Shown here: positions 53,871-63,300 of the stretch, piece by piece
Position numbering within the stretch: the stretch's first letter is position 1
Layout: each line of letters begins with the position of its first letter
Assembly (NCBI GenBank): GCA_016187035.1
Contig: JACPKL010000005.1
Coordinates: 199,150-263,149, forward strand
From: Candidatus Daviesbacteria bacterium
GTDB taxonomy: Bacteria; Patescibacteriota; Microgenomatia; Daviesbacterales; UBA10151
Length of the DNA: 64,000 nucleotides
Reading direction: 5' to 3'
Program-made: the position numbers and the translations under genes
Notes under the pieces: model-generated
What the model saw: the letters and a program-made list of their open reading frames with translations, nothing else
What the model was told of the DNA's origin: nothing
The model's database searches: none

Positions 53871-55487
53871 TTACTTGTTTGCTTCAGCCAGACCTGCTTG
53901 GGCTGCCTGGTTTTGTGGATCTACAGTCAATATTAAATTAAAAATTTCTTTGGCTTTATTTTTTTCACCCATGTTTAGATAAACAATTCCCAGATTGAGC
54001 CTTAAATTTAAATTATTAGGGTTTATAGTTATAGCTTTTTGGATATTTTCCAGCGCCTTCTCGTATTGTTTTTCCTTAAAATATATGGCAGCCATATTTT
54101 GATAGGATTGCCAAAGGTTAGGGTTAAATTGAGTAGCTTTTTGATAATATTCTAAAGCTTGATCAGGTTGGCCTAATTCCACATAAGTATTTGCAGCATT
54201 ATGGTAAGCATCAGCATAATTTGGTTTTAAAGCAATGGCGGTTTGAAACTCCTGTAAAGCTTTTTGTTTGTCCCCCTGCCTTCCATATACATCTCCTAGA
54301 TTATTATGGGTGTTAGGGGAGGAAGGTGAGGTTTTGCCTGTGGCTATCCATAGGTTGTCTTCATTTTTCCAGTCAATATTGCGGATTATAGTTCTTGTTG
54401 AAAGTAAAATTAAAATAATTATTACAATGGAATAATCCAACCACTTAAGTTTTAATTTTTCAGCAAGTTTAGTTATACCTAATCCTGAAACAACTAAAAT
54501 TCCTAAGATTGGAAGGTATAAATATCTTTCTGCCACAATCCAGTTTAACCTAAAAGGAGTTAAAGTAGGGGAGAGTGCAATCAGAAAAAGAGATAACCAA
54601 AAGAAGATATATTTGTTCTTTATATAACTTAAACCAACTGCACCAAAAAATACTAAGGTAATTAAAATTCTAATAATAAATCCTAATTGGCTAAAATTTA
54701 GTTCTGAATGATAAAGAGTTAAAACCTTTGGATAAAAAATTAACTCAAAATATGAAGTAATGGCAGTGGGGATCAGGAAAAAAATACTATCTACTCCTCT
54801 TTCCTGGTAATGTACGTTCTTTAGGGTATTCTCTCTTTCAGATATGCCGGTTAAGGTAACCAGGAGAAAAAATATAGTTATAATCAAAAAGGGTACAGAT
54901 TTTTTCCAATTTTTTTTGATATTACCAAATAGAAATTCCCAAACCGGGAAAACTATAAAAAGGGATAAAGGCATTTGGGGATGTGACATGAAGGTAAAGA
55001 TAAAAGAAATAAGCGCAGCAAAATAATATTTAATCTTCTCTTTTGATTTTAGGTAAAAAAGCAAAGATAGCAGAAAAAAGAAAGTATATTGAGGATACAT
55101 TCCTCCAGAAATCCACACAATTGCTTCAGAAATAGCAGGATGAACAGCAAAGATTGAAGTAACAATTAAAGCCAGTCTTTTCGAAAAGAGTAGATTAAGT
55201 AGTGCATATATTAAGATAACTGAGCCTATGTGGAAAAAGAGGTTAATCAGTCTAAAATACATAGGTACCAGGCCGATTTGGAAAGCTAACCAGTAGAGAA
55301 TTAAACGTATAAAACCAAAAGGATGAGCAGAAATTGCATATTTTAAGCTGCCAACGTTAGGATTATTAGCTATTTCAGCCAGATCATCTGAGAGAAAAAC
55401 GTTATTTAGAGAATTGCCATAAGTGATTAAGGTTAATGTTAAAAGTAATGTTAAAGAAGGCCAGTGCTTTTTGAACCAATTTAGCAT
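53871..55487 (-). CDS. TMTC-like membrane protein: polytopic GT-C-type N-terminal domain + C-terminal TPR repeats
   Basis: N-terminal NNVFLSDDLAEIANNP (DD loop motif), about 10 TM helices, then at least 4 TPR units (AIALKPNYADAYHNAANTYVELGQPDQALEYYQKATQFNPN...). Confidence 0.7.
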   Translation of the reverse strand: MLNWFKKHWPSLTLLLTLTLITYGNSLNNVFLSDDLAEIANNPNVGSLKYAISAHPFGFIRLILYWLAFQIGLVPMYFRLINLFFHIGSVILIYALLNLLFSKRLALIVTSIFAVHPAISEAIVWISGGMYPQYTFFFLLSLLFYLKSKEKIKYYFAALISFIFTFMSHPQMPLSLFIVFPVWEFLFGNIKKNWKKSVPFLIITIFFLLVTLTGISERENTLKNVHYQERGVDSIFFLIPTAITSYFELIFYPKVLTLYHSELNFSQLGFIIRILITLVFFGAVGLSYIKNKYIFFWLSLFLIALSPTLTPFRLNWIVAERYLYLPILGILVVSGLGITKLAEKLKLKWLDYSIVIIILILLSTRTIIRNIDWKNEDNLWIATGKTSPSSPNTHNNLGDVYGRQGDKQKALQEFQTAIALKPNYADAYHNAANTYVELGQPDQALEYYQKATQFNPNLWQSYQNMAAIYFKEKQYEKALENIQKAITINPNNLNLRLNLGIVYLNMGEKNKAKEIFNLILTVDPQNQAAQAGLAEANK

Positions 55488-55506
55488 ACTGAAACAGTAT
55501 ACAAAA

Positions 55507-56181
55507 TTATCTGGGGATAGTTAAGACCTGTCCAGGATAAATTAGGTCAGGATTGGAAATATTATTGGCTTCAGCTATTTTTTGATAGGTAAAGATATCA
55601 CCATAAGCACGGCCTGCTATGATAGATAACCAATCTCCTTCTTGCACTGTATAAGTATTGCCCGTAATTTTTGGCCCCCACTGTGCATCTGCAGTAGTAT
55701 TGTCAGTTGTATTTGGGGTCGTTATTTCTGGTGAAGGGGAAGGAGAAGGGGTTTCTGAGGGGTTAGGTAAAGATGCTATTTCTAGTTTGGGGATTTCTAG
55801 AACCTGCCCTGCTGTAATAGCATCAACATCAGTTAGATTATTAGCTTTGGCCAGATCTTCAAATTTACTCCCATCCTGATAATATTTTTCTGCGATAGTA
55901 AACAGAGTATCACCTTCCTTGACAGTATATTTACCTGGAAGTTGATTTGGATTAGCATCTTGTTGTTCTTCAGTGGTAGTTTGAGCAGGACCAAGGTCTG
56001 GTTTGTTTCTGTTAAAGTAGTTAAAAATTAAAATACCTACTACTAAAACAATTAAAGCTCCTAAAATCATGTTCAATTTAGATTGATTTGAGGAAACTTC
56101 ATGGTTAACTCTCTCAAGATAACTTTCGTTTTGTTTAGATTCTTCTAATTTCTTAGGTTTTCCTCGTTGAGCCATTAGCAA
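55507..56181 (-). CDS. Membrane-anchored protein with two LysM domains
   Basis: TM helix, then YTVKEGDTLFTIAEKYY...ITAGQVLEIP and YTVQEGDWLSIIAGRAY...IYPGQVLTIP, separated by a PS/T-rich linker. Confidence 0.88.
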   Translation of the reverse strand: MLMAQRGKPKKLEESKQNESYLERVNHEVSSNQSKLNMILGALIVLVVGILIFNYFNRNKPDLGPAQTTTEEQQDANPNQLPGKYTVKEGDTLFTIAEKYYQDGSKFEDLAKANNLTDVDAITAGQVLEIPKLEIASLPNPSETPSPSPSPEITTPNTTDNTTADAQWGPKITGNTYTVQEGDWLSIIAGRAYGDIFTYQKIAEANNISNPDLIYPGQVLTIPR

Positions 56182-56305
56182 ACGCCTCCTTGTGCGCTAG
56201 ATTTTATGAGGCAGATTTGGGGGCAAGATTTATACATAAATCTTTTAAATGATTGTGAATAAATTGTCAAGAGGCAAATATGGTATGAGTTCAGTTTTTC
56301 CCAGC

Positions 56306-56366
56306 GTCATTCCCGATCTAATCGGGAATCCATATTATATAGATTCCGTGTCAAGCACGGAATGAC
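56306..56366. other. Twin-hairpin palindromic element (ATTCCCGAT-cta-ATCGGGAAT and ATTCCGTG-tcaag-CACGGAAT, enclosed by GTCATTCC...GGAATGAC)
   Basis: Hairpin 1 at 56309-56329, hairpin 2 at 56343-56363. The outer 8-mers at 56306-13 and 56359-66 are mutually complementary. Intergenic, downstream of hicA. Confidence 0.75.
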
Positions 56367-56410
56367 AAGGTATTGGTAAAAACCGAATAGTTACTTGCAA
56401 ACAGTTAGGG

Positions 56411-56641
56411 CTACAATAGTTTCTTAAAATCCTCTAACGATAAATTGACAGGTTTTAGGATACCACTTAAAAGTGTGCCTTTACGGATAATTTTATGATT
56501 TGGAACTGTAATAAGTTGTTTAGATTTACCTTGTATCCGAACAAGTCTAATGTGACTGCCTTTTTGTCTGGAAACCTGAAAACCAACTTTGTTTAAAGCT
56601 TTAATTACCTCTTTACCACTAATTTGAGGAACATTTGACAT
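56411..56641 (-). CDS. hicA: HicA-family mRNA interferase toxin
   Basis: 76 aa. ISGKEVIKALNKVGFQVSRQKGSHIRL carries the conserved G-S-H of HicA/YcfA. Confidence 0.85.
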   Translation of the reverse strand: MSNVPQISGKEVIKALNKVGFQVSRQKGSHIRLVRIQGKSKQLITVPNHKIIRKGTLLSGILKPVNLSLEDFKKLL

Positions 56642-56881
56642 TTATGGAGTTGAAACTTGGACAGGAACAATGAACCGATCTTTATGTATATTACCCTCTT
56701 CAATCTTATCATTATCTGCATCTTCCAAATAAAGTTCAGTTGCCTCCTTTATATTACTAATAGCTTCTTCTAGGTTACCTCCTTGGGAAGTACAACCAGG
56801 TAGGTCAGGAATCCAAACAGAATACCCCCCATCTGCCTCTTTTTCAAAAACAGCATCATATTGTAGGACTTTTTGTTTCAT
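56642..56881 (-). CDS. hicB: HicB-family antitoxin (short, UPF0150-type, no DNA-binding extension)
   Basis: YDAVFEKEADGGYSVWIPDLPGCTSQGGNLEEAISNIKEATELYLE is a typical HicB N-domain. Its stop abuts the hicA start. Confidence 0.85.
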   Translation of the reverse strand: MKQKVLQYDAVFEKEADGGYSVWIPDLPGCTSQGGNLEEAISNIKEATELYLEDADNDKIEEGNIHKDRFIVPVQVSTP

Positions 56882-57077
56882 ATACGTTAATTATACACCT
56901 TTGCAGATATCTTGATCCAAAAAATTGGAACCTTTATATAGGAATCTAATTTATCAGTATAGAACTTTGCAGCAGTTAGGAATAAATTAATCAACCTCAA
57001 CTACTCCTTAAGATGAACTTGAAAAAAGAGGAGGAGATATCTATGCTAATCCTTTTAAGGAAGTACAATGAATACCC

Positions 57078-57836
57078 CTAAATTCTTGCAGCCAGTAATG
57101 CTCTTGCTAAAGGAGCTTCATGAACTTCAACCATTTGTAAATCAGGCATGATTTGTGCATTACTTATACGGACAATCAATGGTTGTCTAACAAGTGAATA
57201 GTGCATTCTCATTAATCCTTTACCAAAGGAGTTGACATCCATCCTCTCAGACTCTCCAGCTGCAATTCTAGCCAAAGTAATGTGGAGAATATTAGAATAA
57301 TCATTTTCACCCAAGCCAAGGTTTTTTGCCACTTGGGTCATCTGTCTTCTAGCTTCTAAAACTTGAGTTGGTAATAAGAAAGCAGCAGCTGCAATTGTAT
57401 TACCTCCAAACAAAACATCAAAATCTATTATTAATCCTTCAAGGTTTTGTGCAGCTTCAGCTGCTCTTGGATCTTTTAGTACTTTTTCAAAAGCTTCCTC
57501 TTTAGATCCTGGTGTAGCCTCTGGTAAGTATAATAAGTTAGAAATAGTTGTGTGAAGAGTCCATAAAGTACCAGGATAAATAGAAACTCCATTTTCTGCT
57601 GCCAATTCTTCAATTGGTTTTATTAATCTATCATTAAGAACTCTATCTGTTTCTTCATCAAAAAAAGCTCTTAAAGTTATGCCGTTTGGATTATCAGAAG
57701 GGTTTCTAGTAAGAGGTTTTTGATTTCCTAAAGCATAAGTTTTTCTACCTGATCGTAGATTCCTTAAATATTTTTGATAAACATTAGGATCAATACCTAA
57801 GTCTTTAATTGAACGGATTGGTGAGGTTTCTGCCAT
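57078..57836 (-). CDS. 2H-phosphoesterase superfamily protein (LigT/ThpR-like), divergent
   Basis: Two H-x-T-x motifs about 100 aa apart (WTLHTTIS and ILHITLAR). Otherwise no recognisable similarity. Visibly higher G+C than the neighbours. Confidence 0.55.
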   Translation of the reverse strand: MAETSPIRSIKDLGIDPNVYQKYLRNLRSGRKTYALGNQKPLTRNPSDNPNGITLRAFFDEETDRVLNDRLIKPIEELAAENGVSIYPGTLWTLHTTISNLLYLPEATPGSKEEAFEKVLKDPRAAEAAQNLEGLIIDFDVLFGGNTIAAAAFLLPTQVLEARRQMTQVAKNLGLGENDYSNILHITLARIAAGESERMDVNSFGKGLMRMHYSLVRQPLIVRISNAQIMPDLQMVEVHEAPLARALLAARI

Positions 57837-57887
57837 AAGGGGAAATTATAGCAAAAATGGGCATAAATTGCAACCTATAGTTCTCTG

Positions 57888-57961
57888 CGGGGCCAACGGG
57901 ACTCGAACCCGCGACCTTCTGATCGACAATCAGACGCTCTAACCAACTGAGCTATGGCCCC
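57888..57961 (-). tRNA. tRNA-Asp (anticodon GTC)
   Basis: The reverse complement folds as acceptor GGGGCCA/TGGCCCC, D arm GCTC-AGTTGGTTA-GAGC, anticodon stem TCTGA/TCAGA with loop TTGTCGA, T arm GCGGG-TTCGAGT-CCCGT, discriminator G. Confidence 0.9.
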
Positions 57962-58029
57962 TTTTGTGAACCTAATTGTAACAGAGTGGTCATATGTATT
58001 CAATCCTAAATTAGTGATATATTACAGAT

Positions 58030-59790
58030 ATGGAGATTTCCAATAGCAGGATAGCTAAAATCCTCAGAGATGTAGCAGCTTCTTATATAATTAAAAATAT
58101 TGGGAATATTTTCCAGGTCAGGGCTTATGAAAATGCCGCAGATTCTGTGGAACACTCCACAACAGAAGTCCAGGACCTATGGGAAGAAGGCAGGCTTGAG
58201 GAAATTCCAGCTTTAGGGGAAAAGATCAGGAGTTATCTGGATGAATTATTTAAAACAGGTAAGGTTTCCCATTTTGCAGAAATCAAGAAAGATATCCCAG
58301 AGGTAGTTTTTGAACTGCTGGATATTCCTGGTATAGGTCCTAAACTTGCCCAAAAAATTGCGGACTTGGGTATAAAAAGCATAGAAGATCTGGAAATTCA
58401 GATTAAAACAGGCAGCCTGGTTCAAAAAGGCTTTTCAGCTAAACTGGCCCAGAATATCATGGAGGGTTTAAGGGAGGTAAAAAACAGAGGTAAGAGAATG
58501 TTATTGCCCTATGCTTTTGTCCAGGCAGAAAAAGTGGTGGCTTATCTCAAACAAAGCCAGGATGTGATAGATGTTCATCCCTTGGGTTCTTTAAGAAGAA
58601 TGGTGGCAACTGTTGGGGATTTGGATTTTTCTGTCAGCTCAAATAATAACGAAAAAGTTGTAGATTATTTCTGCAAAATGCCGGGAGTTTCCAGGGTTTT
58701 AGATAAAGGGTCATATAAGGCTACTGTGGCGCTTAAAAGCGGTATACAGCTGGATTTGCTGGTTGGTGAGCCTAATTCTTATGGAGCCTTATTACAGCAT
58801 TTTACAGGCTCGAAGTCTCATAACATAAAACTAAGGGAATTAGCCAATCAAATGGGTTATTCCCTATCTGAATATGGTGTGAAACGAGTGGAAGATGGAA
58901 AAATCATTCAAACAAAAACTGAAGATGAATTTTATAAGTTACTGGGTATGAGAACTCCCTTGCCTGAGATCAGGGAAGACACAGGAGAAATTGAAGCTGC
59001 CCTTCGACAGGCTCAGGGTAAACTTCCTGGTTTACCAAAGCTTGTGGAATCAAAAAATATTAAAGGAGATTTACATTTGCATTCTAACTTTCCTATTAAA
59101 AGTCCATCTCATGGGCCCGGAGGGGATACAATTGAGGATATAGTTAAGAAAGCCAGGGCTTTAAACTATGAATTTGTGGGAATTGCAGACCATTCACCAG
59201 GGTTTAGTACTAACAGCCCACAAGAGATAATTAAATGGGTAAAAGAGAGGACAAATTTTATTCGCGAGCTTCAAAAGAGGACAAAGAGTATTCGAATACT
59301 AAATGGCCTCGAAATAGATATATTAGGTAATGGTAGTTTAAGTATTCCTGATGAAGCTTTAGTTTATCTGGATTATTGCATTGCTGGAATCCACTCAGGA
59401 CATAGGGGTACAAAAGAGATAATTACCAAAAGGCTGCTTAATGCTTTAAATAACCCTTATGTAGATATAGTCTCACATCCTACCAATAGACTGTTAAATG
59501 AAAGGGATTCATCTGATGCAGACTGGCCACAAATTTTCCAGGCTGCAGCAAAAAATAATAAACTGCTGGAAATTAATGCTTTTCCCAACAGGTTGGACTT
59601 AAGGGATGATTTGGTAAGACTGGCATTAAAGTCTGGTGTCAAACTTGTTGTTAATACAGATGCCCATCAAATTGAACAGATGGGCAATATGCTTTTTGGG
59701 GTGGCTCAAGCCAGAAGAGGCTGGGCAACTGCAAAAGATATTGTTAATACCTGGGACTGGAAAAATTTTGCAAAATGGTTTAATATGTAA
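58030..59790 (+). CDS. polX: Family X DNA polymerase with C-terminal PHP domain (PolX)
   Basis: HhH segments ([17 protein letters not shown]), [15 protein letters not shown] (catalytic Asp pair) and PHP motifs ([22 protein letters not shown]). Confidence 0.9.
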   Translation: MEISNSRIAKILRDVAASYIIKNIGNIFQVRAYENAADSVEHSTTEVQDLWEEGRLEEIPALGEKIRSYLDELFKTGKVSHFAEIKKDIPEVVFELLDIPGIGPKLAQKIADLGIKSIEDLEIQIKTGSLVQKGFSAKLAQNIMEGLREVKNRGKRMLLPYAFVQAEKVVAYLKQSQDVIDVHPLGSLRRMVATVGDLDFSVSSNNNEKVVDYFCKMPGVSRVLDKGSYKATVALKSGIQLDLLVGEPNSYGALLQHFTGSKSHNIKLRELANQMGYSLSEYGVKRVEDGKIIQTKTEDEFYKLLGMRTPLPEIREDTGEIEAALRQAQGKLPGLPKLVESKNIKGDLHLHSNFPIKSPSHGPGGDTIEDIVKKARALNYEFVGIADHSPGFSTNSPQEIIKWVKERTNFIRELQKRTKSIRILNGLEIDILGNGSLSIPDEALVYLDYCIAGIHSGHRGTKEIITKRLLNALNNPYVDIVSHPTNRLLNERDSSDADWPQIFQAAAKNNKLLEINAFPNRLDLRDDLVRLALKSGVKLVVNTDAHQIEQMGNMLFGVAQARRGWATAKDIVNTWDWKNFAKWFNM

Positions 59791-59795
59791 GATAC

Positions 59796-60344
59796 ATGGC
59801 TTTATATATAATCATAGGTGTTTTAGTATTAATCGGTTTATGGTTTTTGATTACCTATAATAGTTTGATAACTTTAAGAAACCGGGTCAAAGAAGCCTGG
59901 TCTCAAATTGATGTCCAGCTAAAAAGAAGGTCATCTTTAATCCCCAATCTGGTTGAGGCAGTTAAAGGCTATGCCAAGCATGAAAAAGAGGTTTTTGAAA
60001 ATGTGACAAAAGCCAGGTCAGCGCTTTTAGGAGCAAAAGATCCTCATGAGAAAGCAGCAGCCAATGATATGTTAACAGGTGCTTTAAAATCCTTGTTTGC
60101 TGTGGCTGAGGCTTATCCAAACCTTAGGGCTTCTGAAAATTTTAAGCAGCTGCAGGATGAAATCTCTGATACAGAGACTAAAATTGCTGCTTCAAGACAA
60201 TTTTATAATACTAATGTTTTAGATCTTAACAATTCTTTGGAACAAATCCCTTCTGCCTGGATTGGTGTTATGTTTAACTTCCAAAAAGAGGAATTCTTCA
60301 AAGCTACAGAAGCAGAAAAAGCAGACATTAGCGTTAAATTTTAA
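59796..60344 (+). CDS. lemA: LemA-family membrane protein
   Basis: N-terminal TM helix plus [34 protein letters not shown] and [16 protein letters not shown], characteristic of LemA. Confidence 0.9.
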   Translation: MALYIIIGVLVLIGLWFLITYNSLITLRNRVKEAWSQIDVQLKRRSSLIPNLVEAVKGYAKHEKEVFENVTKARSALLGAKDPHEKAAANDMLTGALKSLFAVAEAYPNLRASENFKQLQDEISDTETKIAASRQFYNTNVLDLNNSLEQIPSAWIGVMFNFQKEEFFKATEAEKADISVKF

Positions 60345-60384
60345 ATAACACTCCGCTTTTATCTTTTTATGGTATTCTGAAATA

Positions 60385-63300
60385 ATGACAGAGTCCTTAA
60401 CAGCAGTATCAGATAGACTAGGGCCACCCAGGAGAACCGTTGATTACCCTCCTCTATCTGATATTTCACCAATTCGAGTTTTTAGTCTTCCTGCTACTCC
60501 AGCAGAATTTAGAGCGATGATAGGTTTGGGTGAACAGCCTTTAATTTCTCCAGAGGAAATTTATGAGGAAAAAAGAAGGAGGGTAGAGGAATATGTAGAT
60601 CATCAGGCAGTTGCTATTCCTCGGAATTTTTTTGCAGGAGGAGAACTGCAAAGGTTAGACTATCAAGAAAGTCGGATACAGAGACAGGTGGCTGATCAAA
60701 ACCTGGCAACCAGGATTTGGCGGGGATGGATGAGAAGGCAGCTGACTTGGGCCGGTGTGGAACATGCAGCGCAGTTAATACAGACTATAGAAGAAAATGT
60801 AAGCATAGGTGACAGAAAAGATTTAAAACCATCAACATTAATACTACTACTAAAAGCTTCGGATCAACAAGATGAGGTAGAAGCTTTAAAAAAAATGAAT
60901 CTGGCTTTTAACAGGGCTCGCCAGTTTTGCCTTATTGCTGGAAGCGGAGATCTTAGGAATGTTCCAAATCAATCAATTGAGTTTATAGGTATTTTAGCAA
61001 ATACTCCAGAAGACAAATGGCAGGAGATTTATCACCAATTTGACGGACGAACTCAAGTTATATATAACTCTATTTATGGAGCCTTTGGTGAAGCCGAAGG
61101 AACTGGTCTTATACAGATTATTAAACAAGGGGGATTAACTACTCAGCAACAACAAACATTAACTAAAGCAGCAGTTTGGAAGGAATTTGGACATGCTTTA
61201 CCAGTTATTAGGAATCAAACCCAGGATAGAGGCTATGAATCTTGGCTATATTATGATGATTTACTAAATCCAGCAGTAGGACAACAGATTGATAAATACT
61301 ATCCTTATTTAGTTGACCGGGTAGCAGGTTCTCTTGATAGGGATGATAAAGGTTGTGGAGGTGGTGATTTTATTGTTGGGTTGCAACATCTTGAGTCTAC
61401 AGGTAAACTTGCTCTCCTTGAAAATCTCATAAACACCGGCTGGGACTGCAAGGGTATTTATCGGACTATGGATAGGTTAGCTTATCATCAAGGTGCTGAG
61501 GTAGGTAAGCAATTAGAAAATATAGATCAAATATTGGCTCAGGCAACTACATTTCAAGCTAACCCTGATAATATAGGTTGGGTGAAAGCATTTAATGAAT
61601 ACTTTCACGGCATGACAAAATTATTTACCACACAGGTTTCTTCTTATGAGGAGATGATAAGGAATAAAGATGATTTTGTATCAGTTGCTTTAATTTTAAA
61701 GTCCCTTCCTCAGACAGAAGATTTTAAACCCGGGAATTTCTTAAAAATAGAAGAAGGGCAAGCAAAAATTGACAGAAGAATGTTAAGTGATTATTTAGAA
61801 CATATTACCCAACAAGCAAATCTTCCAGATTTGGATAAAAGATATATTAAAGGACTCTTGAGTTTAATGGACACTGAAGGTGTTAGGTATAGTGAACCTA
61901 AGTATCTTTCTGCCGAAAAACTGTCTTTTTATCTATATTTAGCTGTTCATAAAGATAGAGTAGTTCCACAAATGTATGACAGCAGAGGAAACTTAGCTCC
62001 TCAGGCATCTTTTCTCAATGATCTTTCAAATCAAGGGGTAACTGTTGATAGTAAACTTATGGAGGATTTTGTTAGTAAGTGCGCAAATCAAGGGTTGCTA
62101 TCTTTTGACTTGAAAATTGCTTATTTTGATAAAATGACCATAGATAATAGAGTAAGTACCCTTGTGGCTTTACCTGATGAGTTATTGGTTGGACTACCTG
62201 CAGAAATACAGGCTTCAATAGCTATCTTTAGGCAATTACCAGTGACAGCACAAAGTATCTTAGTTTTTGATGGGTTAAATGGCTTGTCAAAGTATATCAA
62301 TAATAGACAGCCAACCGCAGTTTTGGTAGACAGCTCTTTAGCTTATGGTTATTTTCAAGAAATCAGACATTTTCTTACCCCGGAATTGATATCTTCTTTT
62401 GCTCCTGAACAAGGACAAGCTTTTCAAGCGTGTCTTAATCTACCCCCGGACGTTGTTAAACTGATGCAAGGATCATTGTCAGAGTGGAAACGCTGTCTTA
62501 GTGATGGTAAGCCAACACCTGCTTTTTTAAGAATGGTTGCGCTAAAAAGCCAACACGGAGAAATTGATATAGTTTTGGCAACAACGGATTTAAGCACATT
62601 TTCTCCTGCAGAACAAGCATATTGGAGTTTTTATAACAGCATTCCCCAAAGCCCGTATATGAGGAGTTTCCTATTACAACAAGAAAGCAAATTTTCACAA
62701 TTAGTTGTTAATGGCCAGCTTACCCCAGCTTTCCTGGAAGTGGCGGCTCAAGATAGAGATATTTTCGTAATAAGGGAAATATTACCTTATATCAAAATTG
62801 ATGAATTACCTGTTGAGCAGCAAGCTTTTTGGAGGCATTATCCAGTAATGGATCAACAAGGAGCTATGGAAATCCGGGATTATTTACTTCAACACAGGAA
62901 CCAATTTACTGAATTTATTGAAGACGGAAGGCCAACACTGGCTTTCTTTAACCAAATAAATGTTTTTGTTAATGGATCAGTGAATGAGAAATTGATCCAG
63001 GAAATTCTAGATCGAATTGATCGGAGTAAACTGTCTCCAGCAGATAATATTTTTTGGCAATATTATTCTGACAACCGGTCTTCTCCCTTTTCTTTATTTA
63101 TACTAAGAAACAAAAACCATTTTGCTCAAATGGTAGAGTATGGACAAGAGACATCATTCTTTTACCAAATGTTGGCCATCCAAGAATCAGAGATAATGCT
63201 TAATCTTCCTCATATTAAACCTGGATTATCCAGCAAACAGTATCAAGACATATGGCGGGTTGCGATAGGTAAAGAAGTAATTGATAGTTTTTTAGCTGCT

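Noticed and set aside
56249-56365. A 38-aa ORF (MIVNKLSRGKYGMSSVFPSVIPDLIGNPYYIDSVSSTE) spanning the twin hairpins.
   Set aside because: Its sequence is dictated by the palindromes. There is no RBS and no independent coding evidence. I interpret it as a structured non-coding element.
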